From Macrostomum lignano (Eukaryota): a DNA stretch of 64,000 bases. The notes beneath the pieces are model-generated. The model made no database searches. It had not been told where the DNA came from and saw nothing but the letters and a program-made list of their open reading frames with translations. Both the position numbers and the translations under genes were made by a program. This document shows, piece by piece, positions 13,291-26,320 of the stretch. The DNA lies in contig NIVC01002800.1 of NCBI GenBank assembly GCA_002269645.1, forward strand, positions 1-64,000, in the 5' to 3' direction. The first letter of the stretch is position 1. Every line of letters starts with the position of its first letter.

Positions 13291-13653
13291 TATCCGATGG
13301 TATGCGAAGGTATCTAATGACGTTTGTGGAGTATCTGAGAATGTTTAAAGATATTTGTGGAGTTTACTTGCGACTGAGGTGTCCTGGACTGTTGGAGTAC
13401 CTGATGAATGTTTACGAAAGTCCTTTTTTCTCAGTGAATTGGTCATGCAGCCTGAATCAATCTTATTTCTTATGTTAGCTAATTAAATTGCACAGGGGTT
13501 TTCAGACGATGCCCTTTGTTCACTGGATCTTATTTAATTCAATCCCTTTAAGCAGCAATCTACGAGGGTATTATACTAACCAGACGTGAGGAGACTGTGC
13601 GCTTCACTGATTCAGGAGCCTTACTCCGCCCCCCAATCCCCCCAACTCAACAG

Positions 13654-14589
13654 GTGCAGGCTATTGATGGCAGACTGCCCGCCGCCAAGACCAGCGTCGC
13701 CACCGTCCACATAAACGTCCTGGACGTCAACGACTGCCCTCCGGTGATCTCGCTGTCCGCCCGCCGTCCGAGCGTCCTGGAAAACCGACAGCGCGGCACC
13801 GTGGTCGCCTCCTTCATCGTCAAAGACGACGATGACGGCATCAACGGGACCGTCCGCTGCCGACTCGAAGCGGGCTCGGACGCCGAATTCGAGGTCAGCG
13901 AGTACGACTCCAGGCTGAAGGTGTTCCAGCTGGTCACCCGGATGCAGCTGGATCGGGAGACCCGCGCCGCCTATCCAGTGGTCGTCGCCTGCATTGATGG
14001 TGGCGGCCTGGAGACTCGGGAGGAGTTCGTCGTACAAGTCGAGGACGATAATGACCACGTGCCGCGCTTCGCCCAGGAGCACCTTTACCTGGTGCTGCCC
14101 GAGGACACTCCCACCGGCCAGACGGTCGCCAACCTCAGCGCCTCCGACGCCGACTCCGGTGACAACGCCAGAATTGGCTACTTCATCCTGAGCGACCCGA
14201 TCGTGCCGGAGACGGCCCGGCACTTCCAGATTGGCCGGGCCAGTGGGGAGCTGAGCCTGGCGCAGCGGCTGGACAGGGAGCAGCGGGCCAGCTTCACCGT
14301 GCAGGTGGTGGCCCACGATCACAATCCCACCTATCCGTTCTCAGCAACTGCAACGGTGTTCGTTGAAGTTCGCGACGTCAACGATGTTGCTCCAGTGCTG
14401 CCAGAGAGCGTCGAGTTCTCTGTTGAGGAGAACGGACCGGCGGGTATCCGGTTGGGCCCTGTGCACTACTCCGACCCGGATCTGAACGAGGGCGGCCGGG
14501 TCACCTTCTACGGCGGCGATCAGAGAGACTTTCACGTGACTGAAGATGGTCACGTGGTGGCGCGGCGCAGCTTTGATCGCGAGATTCAG
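13654..14589 (+). CDS. PCDH: Protocadherin exon 2 (end of EC3, EC4, EC5, part of EC6)
   Basis: Acceptor CAACAG|GTG. DVNDCPP, LDRE, DDNDHVP, DADSGDN, DVNDVAP. Donor CAG|GTTGGC, phase 0. Confidence 0.92.
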
Positions 14590-15361
14590 GTTGGCGCGGG
14601 CTGGCTGCGGCAAGAAGAGCTGGTTTATGGGGTGGTGGGTGTAATTGGGAGGTGGGTGCAAGGGGATGCTGGGCGAAATAGGGTGTTGGGTCCAATGGGG
14701 GGGTGGGTCAGTTAGAGGTGGGTGAAAAGAGGTGGTGTGTGATGGGTTGGTTGGTGCAAAGGGTGGTTGGTGTAATGGGGTGGTGGATGTAATCGTGTGG
14801 GGGGCCATGGGTGTGCAATGGGAGAGGGTGGGTCTAATAGGGGTGGGTGCAATTTGGTGGTGTATGTAGTGGGCGGTGGGTGTAATGGGGTTTGTAGATG
14901 TAATGGGGAGCTGGACGTAATGGGGTGTTGGGTCCAATGGGGGGTGGGTCTATTAGGTGTGAGTGAAAAGGTGTGGTGTATGTGATGGGGTGGTGGGTAC
15001 AATGCGGTGGTTTGGTGTAATTGGGGGTGGGTGTAATGGGGTGGTGGATACAATGGGGCGCAATAAGGTGGGTAAACTATCGCCTTTAGCTCACTCGTAC
15101 TAGTACCTAAGTTTTTGCAAGGCACTGCCGACAAAAAGCAAAAAAGAAGGCAAGCAGTCGTGCCCAATCCGATGGCCCGTCGATTTCTCACATCACTCAC
15201 AAAAACTTGCCTGGTAAGGCTTGTCGTGAGAGTCCCGCATGAGAGCCAGATCCTAGGACGCACGTGCTGGTGCGTGCTCAGGGGCCAGCGGAATGGGCAG
15301 TTGCCTGCTCAGTGGATGCTGGTCGACCCGAACCGCCCTGCAAACTGACCCTCCCCATCAG

Positions 15362-15898
15362 GCCAGGCACATATTCCTGATCTTTGCCCGCGACCACGGC
15401 ACGCCCAGCTTGACCTCCTCGGCCGCCGTCACGGTGCACATTGTTGACCGAAACGACTGCCAGCCGCAGTTCATTTTCCCATTCGCTGGCGGCAATTATT
15501 CGGTGTCGGCGCACGAACCGGCGAACTCGCTGGTGCTGCAGGCGGTTGCCAAGGACCGGGACGAGGGCGACAACGCCATTGTGCGGTACAGCCTGACGGT
15601 CAGCCCGCCGGAGAAAGTTCAGCAAGTCGGCGGCACTGATCGGACAGAGGCGGCGTCGGAGGCGGCAGTCGGGCCGGCGTTTCGAGTGTCGGCCAAGAGC
15701 GGCCGGCTGTTGGTTGCGAGGCGCCTGTCGATGCCAGGCGACCTCGGCTGCCACCGGCTGGAGCTGCGGGCGGCAGACTGCGGGGTGCCGAGCCTGGAGG
15801 CCGGGGTCCAGTTCTTCCTCACTGTGGAGGACGTGCCGCCCAAGGAGCTGGCCGTCAGCGGCTTCGACGGGGTTGGCCCCGGCGGCGGAGCGACTCAG
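15362..15898 (+). CDS. PCDH: Protocadherin exon 3 (end of EC6, EC7)
   Basis: Acceptor CCATCAG|GCC. ARDHGTPSLTS, DRNDCQPQFIFP, DRDEGDNA. Donor CAG|GTGCGT, phase 0. Confidence 0.9.
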
Positions 15899-15912
15899 GT
15901 GCGTGCGTGGGC

Positions 15913-17107
15913 GGGTATTGGGACAGCAGGGGGTATTGAGGCTGCAGGGGGTATTGGGACTGCAGGGGGTATTGAGGCTGCAGGGAGGGGGTATTGAGAC
16001 TGCAAGGAATTGGGGTATCGAGGCTGTGGAGGGTATCGAGGCTGTGGAGGGTATTGGGACTGTGGACTGCCGGGGGTATTGAGGCTGTGGAGGGTATTGG
16101 GACTGCATGGGGTATTGAGACTGCATGGGATATTGAGACTGCATGGGGTATTGAGACTGCATGGGGTATTGAGACTGCATGGGGTATTGAGACTGCATGG
16201 GGTATTGAGACTGCATGGGGTATTGAGACTGCATGGGGTATTGAGACTGCATGGGGTATTGAGACTGCATGGGGTATTGAGACTGCATGGGGTATTGAGA
16301 CTGCATGGGGTATTGAGACTGCATGGGGTATTGAGACTGCATGGGGTATTGAGACTGCATGGGGTATTGAGACTGCATGGGGTATTGAGACTGCATGGGG
16401 TATTGAGACTGCATGGGGTATTGAGACTGCATGGGGTATTGAGACTGCATGGGGTATTGAGACTGCATGGGGTATTGAGACTGCATGGGGTATTGAGACT
16501 GCATGGGGTATTGAGACTGCATGGGGTATTGAGACTGCATGGGGTATTGAGACTGCATGGGGTATTGAGACTGCATGGGGTATTGAGACTGCATGGGGTA
16601 TTGAGACTGCATGGGGTATTGAGACTGCATGGGGTATTGAGACTGCATGGGGTATTGAGACTGCATGGGGTATTGAGACTGCATGGGGTATTGAGACTGC
16701 ATGGGGTATTGAGACTGCATGGGGTATTGAGACTGCATGGGGTATTGAGACTGCATGGGGTATTGAGACTGCATGGGGTATTGAGACTGCAAGGAATTGG
16801 GACTGCAGGGGTATTAGGACTGCAGGGGTATTGAGGCTGTGGGGTATCGAGGCTGTGGGGTATCGAGGCTGTGGAGGGTATTGGAACTGTGAACTGCGGG
16901 GGTATTGAGGCTGTGGAGGGTATTGGGACTGTGTACTGCCGGGGGTATTGAGGCTGTGGAGGGTATTGGGACTGTGGACTGCCGGGGGTATTGAGGCTGC
17001 AGGGGATATTGAGACTGCATGGGGTATTGAAACTGCATGGGATATTGATACTGCATGGGGTATTGAGACTGCATGGGGTATTGAGACTGCATGGGGTATT
17101 GAGACTA
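15913..17107. repeat. 18-bp minisatellite GGGGTATTGAGACTGCAT filling protocadherin intron 3
   Basis: Perfect core at about 16130-16790 with degenerate flanks. Confidence 0.97.
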
Positions 17108-17164
17108 TTGAGGCAACAGAGGGAGCTCACCTGCCAGAAGAATCTGCACTCCCATCCCTCACAG

Positions 17165-17330
17165 ACGCCGCTCAGCACGGCGGTGGTGACGGCGCTGATC
17201 GCCCTGACGGGGCTGCTGCTGATGCTGCTGGTCTGTGTGCTGCTCTTCCTGCTGCAACGGCGGCGCGCCTTTGCGGCTCACGGCGCCGGCACCGTGGCCT
17301 CTGACAGGGACTACAATTTCTCCAGGAGGC
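17165..17330 (+). CDS. PCDH: Protocadherin exon 4 (transmembrane helix and stop-transfer RRR)
   Basis: Acceptor CTCACAG|ACG. AVVTALIALTGLLLMLLVCVLLFLL-QRRR. Donor C|GTGAGT at 17331, phase 1. Confidence 0.88.
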
Positions 17331-17339
17331 GTGAGTGAC

Positions 17340-17887
17340 GCTGTGTGCACTGTGCTTCATCACTGTGTGCCTCATCAATGTGTGACCCATCACTGTGTGC
17401 CTCATCACTGTGGGACCCATCACTGTGTGACCCATCACTGTGTGCCTCATCACTGTGTGACTCATCACTGTGTGACTCATCACTGTGTGACTCATCACTG
17501 TGTGACTCATCACTGTGTGACTCATCACTGTGTGACTCATCACTGTGTGACCCATCACTGTGTGACTCATCACTGTGTGACCCATCACTGTGGGACCCAT
17601 CACTGTGTGACTCATCACTGTGTGACTCATCACTGGGAGCCTCATCACTGTGTGACTCATCACTGTGTAACTCATCACTGTGACTCATCACTGTGTGACG
17701 AATCAGTGCGTGCCTCATCACTGTGGGACCCATCACTGTGTGACCCATCACTGTGTGACCCATCACTGTGTGACTCATCACTGTGGGACCCATCACTGGG
17801 AGCCTCATCACTGTGTGACTCATCACTGTGTAACTCATCACTGTGTGACTCATCACTGTGTGCCTCATCAGTGCGTGCCTCATCACT
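17340..17887. repeat. 15-bp minisatellite CATCACTGTGTGACT in protocadherin intron 4
   Basis: Read directly. Confidence 0.95.
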
Positions 17888-18055
17888 CCATAGGTGTCTG
17901 CACCTCTCTCTCAGCGTTTACACTTCTCTCTGTGTGTCTACAGCTCTCTCGTTGTATATACACCCCTCTCTGTCTGCACCTCTCTACCTCTCTCTGTCTC
18001 TCTCTCTTTCTCTCGCTCTCTCTCTCTCCGTGTCTACACCCCTCTCTCCCTGTAG

Positions 18056-18070
18056 GATGGTGTCTGCACG
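18056..18070 (+). CDS. PCDH: Candidate 15-nt protocadherin microexon (adds R-W-C-L-H-D); reading on in frame to TGA at 18108 would give a short tail
   Basis: Long (CT)n tract, then CCCTGTAG|GATGGTGTCTGCACG|GTAAAG. Phase 1 to phase 1. Confidence 0.5.
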
Positions 18071-19133
18071 GTAAAGCATTTGTTGGTCTCTCTCGGTTCG
18101 CCTGCTGAGAAGTGCAGCGAGCTGCAGTGATGGAGCTCATTATAAAACGACTCCTTTTTACGAATTCGAAAAATTATGGAAATAGATTCGTTAGTCTAGT
18201 TCTTTGATAAAATAAATCTTAGTTTAAACTGTCCCTATAAGGCGATGGTATGGATCTTATATGATCTAGAGGGGTCTATAAACGTAGCGATCAAAAATAA
18301 TAGAGTCATTGATTCACATCATACGGTATCTAGGCCTTAAAGTACTTATAGAAAAGTGCATGTACAGAGAGCTTACAGAGACAGGATTATAACAATGAGA
18401 AGCAAAAATCTTGTTTTTTAAATCGTCTTTTTTACCCCGAGGATTATTAACGAGATAAACAACAGTGTGTGCTCGATAAAAGTCAAAGATACTGTGGCAA
18501 GAATCTGGGAAGCTGCCGCTTACCTCCGTTAGTCACGCTCGAGGGTTGGTTTACCCTCAAGCGAATATTGCGCAATACTGACTGCCGCTTCGTCATTAGG
18601 CAGGCGAAGAGAGAGAAAGTGGGATCTCTGTCTCTCTACTTGAAGTCCCGTCCGCAGGCGCTGCTTTTTTCAACCGACAGCAAGCTCGACTCTCTCTAGA
18701 AAGATTTCGGAACTAATTCAGCCGTGTACCTCGGCCCCACACCTCCCCCTTCGCAGCCTCAGATTATCGAGTTAGCGGAGAGCCGGGCCAGTCTGCGATT
18801 TGGTTTCCATGCAAACCGGATGCTTGGCACAATGCGGCGGCTGATGAGACTTCTGTGTGTGGGAGGGTAGCTCTGTAGGGGAGACTGCTGTGCGCTTGGG
18901 GGGAGAGGTTTATTGAGACACGCGTGTGAAATTAATAAACAGGGGAAGAGAGAGAGATGCGAGACTCATCATAGAACTAGAGAAGGTGGAGATAGACTGA
19001 GAGGGAGAGAAGGGAGATTAGAGACAAAGAGAGAGGGATGCACCTCCTAATCCCAATGCCGCTGATTCGTTATAGGCAGCTCATACGAAGACGAGCCAAA
19101 AGTTGTGGCTGCCGATAGTTCGAATATCTTTAG

Positions 19134-19565
19134 GGGTAGAGGGAGAGAGAGAGTTAGAAAGAGAGAGAGATAGAGGGGTAGGTAGAGCGGGAGAGAGGTG
19201 GAGGGGGAGGCAGAGGGAGGGATAGAGAGAGGTAGATGGGGGTGTAGAGGGAGAAAGAAAGGTAGATGGGAATAGAGGGAGAGATAGAGAGAGGTAGAGG
19301 GAGAGGGAGAAGGAGCAGGAGAGGGAGAGGGAGAGATAGAGAGAGGTAGAGGGAAAGGGAGAAGGAGAAGGAGAGGGAAAGGGAGAAGGAGAAGGAGAGG
19401 GAAAGGGAGAAGGAGAAGGAGAGGGAGAGGGAGAGGGAGAGGGAGAGGTATAAGGAGAGGGAGAGGGAGGGGGGTAGAGGGAGAGGGAGAGGGAGAGGTA
19501 GAAGGAGAGGGAGAGGGGGAAGTAGAGGGAGAAGGAGAGGGAGAGGGAGAAGAAGGAGAGGGAGA
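19134..19565. repeat. Nearly pure purine (GGA/GAGA) low-complexity tract
   Basis: Read directly. Confidence 0.9.
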
Positions 19566-21029
19566 GCCAGCAACACTGAGAGGCATACGCTGGTACATGC
19601 TCAGAACGAAGAACTTTTATCTGCAGCCTCGGGGCATTATCAACTGACGTCAATTAGCAATGACGTCATTCAGCGAGCTCTTTATTTAAATCCAATCGAG
19701 CTCTGCCCTGCCCTACCTACATAATGAACAAAATAGTGAGGAGTAGAGGTTAATCGCTGCCGCATCTGCCGGGTCCCAGCATCCCAGCATCCCAGCATCC
19801 CACAGTTGATCGCTGGCAAGAATCGCGGAGGTAGCAAAATTGCCTACTTCCGTCTTAAGTCTCAAGTCTATATAGCTAAAGAAGTGAGCAGCGACTCAAC
19901 GAAGCGTTGAGGCGAGCAACCCCCCCCCCTGAGGAGCAAGTTAGCTATTACATTTTTCTCCACGCAGTTTCCCGCGAAAGTCAGCGTGTGGGCGATGGGC
20001 GTGGCGAGCCAGCCAGCAACAATGGGCCCCCGTGCTGAGGGAAAATATGGGGGGGGAGGGGTTGGGAAGCTTCCTAAAGGAATCCCAAAGCCTCGACAGA
20101 TCTTTTTGCTGTCAAAATCCGTGAGCTGGCTAGTCCTAGAGACAGTCCGACTCGAAAAGAACTAATGAGCGACAAAGGATATAGAGGAACTGCTCAACAG
20201 AGAGAGAGAGAGTGAGTGAGCGACGGGACTTTGATCCCTCCCCCGAATTTCGCTTGGATGATGAGTTGAGTGACAAAAAAACTGTAAAGCAGAGAGATTG
20301 ACGCGTCAAGATTTAGACTTTCTCTGACTGACTGACTGACTGACAGAAAAGATGCTCTTGATAAGCTGGAAACGAGACAAAGGTTTGAGCATTGAAGGAT
20401 GGCTTTGCGGAGAAGGAGAAGATGGGGTGTGTCCGGCTGATCCGGCTGTTTTTCTATAGGGGCCGGATTTGATTGGAACACCGACAGGGAGACTGAGGCG
20501 AAGATGGGGGGAGAGAGAAGTTTGAGAGTGTGTGTGTGCGGGTGTGTGTGTGCGCGCTAGGCAGACGGCCTTCAAGGAGACAAGGACTCGGGGAGCGGGA
20601 AGCTGCTAATCCGACAACGTCGCCTCATCTTCTCGGACCTCATCCTCAAGCCGGCCTCCCAAAAAATTCCCAGGACTTGAAGAGGCGGGCTGAGCAATGA
20701 TGATGGAGGCTGAGACAGGAGGGGGGATACAAGGGGCCTGCTGCGAGCTTAATAACTCTCTTAACTGAAGGGTTCGAGCGATTCTGCGGAGATACCGTGG
20801 GGTAGCGGCGATGTTTTCAAGGGTCATGCAGCTGAAGTTGGTTGGATGAGGAGCGAGGTGATTTGTGAGATCGCGAAAAAATAACTAACCTTTCCAGCGA
20901 ATTTTGCGTTGTTGGATGTCAGGGCGGCTGCCTGAAGCATTAAGTATCCAAGGCAACGCGAAGATTCTGATTTCTACGTGAATTCCGTTTAAAAAAATCA
21001 AAATATTACTGAAGCGGAGGCCAAAAGAG

Positions 21030-21630
21030 TGCTGAAGAGAAGCTGAAGAGGTGCTGAAGAGGAGCTGAAGAGGAGCTGAAGAGGAGCTGAAGAGGAGCTG
21101 AAGAGGAGCTGAAGAGGAGCTGAAGAGGAGCTGAAGAGGAGCTGAAGAGGAGCTGAAGAGGAGCTGAAGAGGAGCTGAAGAGGAGCTGAAGAGGAGCTGA
21201 AGAGGAGCTGAAGAGGAGCTGAAGAGGAGGCTGAAAAGGAGCTGAAGAGGAGCTGAAGAGGTGCTGAAGAGGAGCTGAAGAGGAGCTGAAGAGGAGCTGA
21301 AAAGGAGCTGAAGAGGAGCTGAAGAGGAGTTGAAGAGGAGCTGAAGAGGAGCTGAAGAGGAGTTGAAGAGGAGCTGAAGAGGAGCTGAAGAGGAGTTGAA
21401 GAGGAGCTGAAGAGGAGCTGAAGAGGAGTTGAAGAGGAGCTGAAGAGGAGCTGAAGAGGAGCTGAAGAGGAGCTGAAGAGGAGCTGAAGAGGAGTTGAAG
21501 AGGAGCTGAAGAGGAGCTGAAGAGGAGCTGAAGAGGAGCTGAAGAGGAGTTGAAGAGGAGTTGAAGAGGAGTTGAAGAGGAGCTGAAGAGGAGCTGAAGA
21601 GGAGCTGAAGAGGAGCTGAAGAGGAGCTGA
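21030..21630. repeat. 11-bp minisatellite GAAGAGGAGCT
   Basis: Read directly. Confidence 0.95.
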
Positions 21631-22325
21631 TGAGCAGTTGAAGCAGAGGCTGATGAGCAGCTGCAGCGGAGGCTGAAGAGGAAACGAAGCCCCATTACCC
21701 CATTACTGATGGCAGGCAGCTCGGGCATTCAATCAGAACTCCGCAGCAGCTCACTGGCTCGTATTGCCCAGCTGATGCAAATTGAAGGCCACTAACGGAT
21801 CAGCAGCGAGTCTTCGAGCTTGAGTAGGTTCGAATCCGGGTGAGTAGAGGTGCTGGGGAGTTAAGTAGGCAGCCGATTACGTAAGCTTCTAATCAGGTTA
21901 AAGTCGCTGTCCCTATATGCATACAGGATCTCTGGAAGAAGGTTCTGTCTTCTTTCGAAAAGCCAAGCTGGAAATTGCTGCAAAATTTTCTACGGGGGGG
22001 CAAAAAACGATGCTTTACACTTGCAATTTCAAGCCTTGCCCGATGTGATGCCCTCCATCCATTTTTATTCCCCGATTTTCCTGCCTTAAAGATCGTCTGC
22101 TTCTTGTTTCTTCTTCGTCATGGGTCGGTTTTTATGTGCACCGCCGCTACCCGGTCCGCGGGGTGATAGAAAAGCGAGTGCTGGGGATCGCCTCTGTCCG
22201 CTGCCTGGCATCTGTAACAAGCAATTCAAGCTCTCCGACCATTAGCGGCGCTTTCCTCACAGTGCCATCATCATCACTCAGCTGCCGGCTGCAGCACAGG
22301 TGGCCATTGGCTGGATTGTTAAGAT

Positions 22326-22899
<574 letters not shown>

Positions 22900-23655
22900 A
22901 CGCTGGCCAACTTTCGGCCCAAACTCTGCTCAAAAATCCCACTCAACAGTTCTTTGATCCTCAGTCAAGCCCCTTGAACTTCTGCCGCAGCCAAATTGAA
23001 GGCCGGGACAGAGAAGAGACCAGCGAGTTTCTCTTTATTGCGGTTGGCTCGTCTGCCCCCCGCTTAGATTAGAATTGGGGCATAAATAGTTTTATCGTCC
23101 TCGTTTCCCCTGGGGATTTCAAAGGTTGGGATGGAATTGCAGTACTAATTCAATGTGCCCCACAAGATGAGGAGAATATGAGATGGCTGGGAGTGGAGAT
23201 GCCGACTGATAAGAAGGAAGCCAGGTGAGGAAATTACGGGAAGAAAAATCATGGGAATTATAAAGCCAAATTGAGCATTAAAAATGGCCAGTCGCATAGG
23301 GCTATGGAAGTAGGGAAATGAATGAAAATTTAGACTCTTGATGATGCGCAATAGTTGTGGGGAAATGTGGTTGTCAAAATTTTTTTGTGTGGGAAGAATC
23401 TCCCCCGTGTTCCTGTAGGGTGCAGATTGTCAGAGATGCTGGGCGAGCATGTTAGTTGCCGGGTGGTCTTTGTGTCACCCGATACCCCCTGACCGCGGCG
23501 GTCCAGTCCACACTCAAAAAGCAGCAGGCAGCGGGATACATTTGCGATTGGGATGAAGATGGAGAAGTTCAAAGAGCTTCAACAAAAGCATTTTCGCATT
23601 CGTGCTCCCTTTTGTTGATAAGGATATTCCTCCCTGTGAACTGGGCCTGTTCCAC

Positions 23656-24058
23656 TGAGACTGGGAGAGGGAGACTGGGAGAGGGAGACTGGGAGAGGGA
23701 GACTGGGAGAGGAAGACTGCGAGAGGGAGACTGGGAGAGGGAGACTGGGAGAGGGAGACTGGGAGAGGGAGACTGGGAGAGGGAGACTGGGAGAGGGAGA
23801 CTGGGAGAGGGAGACTGGGAGAGGGAGACTGGGAGAGGGAGACTGGGAGAGGGAGACTGGGAGAGGGAGACTGGGAGAGGGAGACTGGGAGAGGGAGACT
23901 GGGAGAGGGGGACAGGGAGAGGGAGACTGGAAGAGGGAGACTGGAAGAGGGAGACTGGGAGAGGGAGACTGGGAGAGGGGGACTGGAAGAGGGAGACTGG
24001 GAGAGGGAGACTGGGAGAGGGAGACTGGGAGAGGGAGACTGGGAGAGGGAGACTAAGA
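23656..24058. repeat. 14-bp minisatellite GACTGGGAGAGGGA
   Basis: Read directly. Confidence 0.95.
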
Positions 24059-24663
24059 GATGAAGAGGGGAAGTCCTTAACGCTTGCTCACAAGCGAGCT
24101 GCGAACCGAGAAAGCAGCCCCAAGTTCTGATTTTCCGCCCCAGACTCCAACCCCCGCTCATCATCATGGTGCTCCTCTATCCGATGTTTGACAATCACCC
24201 CCCCCCCATTTAGCCGATGCCTCCAGATTCGATTCGATGCTCATAAGTCTCCCCCAGATCGAGCATGTGATGATGAGAAAATCCTTGGCGGGGGTCGCTG
24301 ACAGGGTCACGGAGGAGCCTGGGCCCATCAGCAAACAGAGAAGGATTAAGAGCCTCGGTTTAACACCCTCAGTCCCGTGTTAGACATGCCAGATTGCAGG
24401 GGAGGAGACAGTTAATCTGCTTGGAGGACCTGCAAGTTGAGCAGCTGAGCTCGGAGGCATTGCGGTCGTGGCTTGTTCCAGATTCCTGCCCTGTCTGCTC
24501 CTCTCATGCCCTGCTCACATGATGGCCCAAGACTCGGCCCACTGCCGCTTGCCCAATAGAATGAATGAGCTTGACTTTGAGAGTTTCGAGAGAGCTTATT
24601 GAGGCAGCTCATGATCTGATGCTCAATTTCAATCGAGTGAAATTGCTGAAATTTCTACCGCAG

Positions 24664-24977
24664 ACCTGCGCACTCCGAAGCATTTTGGTGTCGATGGCAG
24701 CGTCGGCAGAGGCGGCGTCGGTGGCGGGGCCGGCGGTTTCGGCGGCGGCGGCGGTGGCGACAACTTCGCGGTAGCCTCCCGGCTGCTTCGACACAGTGAT
24801 GAAGAGGCGACGGCATTGACAGCGGCCGCTACTGCGGCTGCAGCAGCGAGCGCCGCAGGCTCATCTTCGACTTCTTCAACGGGTGCCATGGCGGCTGCAG
24901 TATCGGCAGCGAACGCCTCCGATTCATTCAAAGCGATGGACAATGTGTACTGCAGCAACCCGTACTTCTGCACCTGA
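24664..24977 (+). CDS. PCDH: Probable protocadherin terminal exon (cytoplasmic tail DLRTPKHFG...SDSFKAMDNVYCSNPYFCT*)
   Basis: Acceptor TTTCTACCGCAG|AC. The phase-1 frame is the only plus frame open to TGA 24975-24977. GC-rich codon style matches the other exons. Not in the ORF track. Confidence 0.68.
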
Positions 24978-24985
24978 ATGTAAGT

Positions 24986-25441
<456 letters not shown>

Positions 25442-26320
25442 ATCTATCTGACCTAGATTTTGAAGCTTCAATAAGACCTGCCACATAACAGTTGATGAGG
25501 TGAACTCGTTGAAATCCAGCATTCCCACAGTACCCCCAGGCAGTGCATGCATTGATGGATGACTTCTATCACGCCAAAAGCTCCCCCCAATCTCGTAGAT
25601 GGAAGACGAGAGCGGAGGTGTGAATTCCTTGACAAGACTCGCCCTGGCCCACCCTGCCGCCCCCTGCAGTTCAGGCGTCAGCACGGAATGAATCGCGCCC
25701 AGTATTCGCACTGCATAATAAGTGTTGAGGATTTGAACTTGGGAGAAAATTCGAACCAGAAATTTCTAATCTGCATCCGCAGTTGCACTGCTCGAGTTAC
25801 TTACGAGTAACTATAGGGAAAGCAAGCTAGCAAAGGCTATATTAAGGCTATATAATCAGCTCAAATTTCTCATAGATAATCTTTGCTCCTTTGCGACTGA
25901 AATCAATTCTTCGATCGAAGCGGTGGTTGGAGCAGCTATTAAGGTGTACTCGGCTTATATCAAGCAGATTAGCATTTCTCTACCGAGATCCCACAAGCAA
26001 CAAAGTATACGAACCCTATACTACAGATTAATCAAATTGTGTGTAGTAGATGTATTGCTACTGCATTGACTCGCGCATTGTAACGGTACAATAGCGCCAC
26101 TTCCCTATTCATTGATGCAGGACCATTGGCTCTCTAGTTTGGCTGGTCCCTAGGTCTGCATGTTCTCGCTCTGAAATTTATTCCCCCCTCCCAGCTCCAT
26201 CCAGTGAGCTATTGATTTCTAATTGCGGAAGTGGAGAGTATTTAAGTAAAATCTGTGCATTCGCGTGTTAACTTGTGAGCGTGAAAACTTGGTATAAGCG
26301 ATTTTGGTTAAATAGGCGCT

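Noticed and set aside
20606-20827. Short protein-like minus ORFs (also 11270-11530, 31678-32317, 27447-28386)
   Set aside because: No recognisable domain, no consistent splice partners and no coding bias. Possibly decayed transposon sequence.
21826-21836. Perfect B box GGTTCGAATCC
   Set aside because: No A box or cloverleaf upstream, so not called as tRNA or SINE.
24629-24973. Minus-strand Pro-rich ORF as the real gene
   Set aside because: Most likely the antisense shadow of the GGC/GCC-rich plus-strand exon, which fits the protocadherin phase. Kept only as an alternative in the findings.
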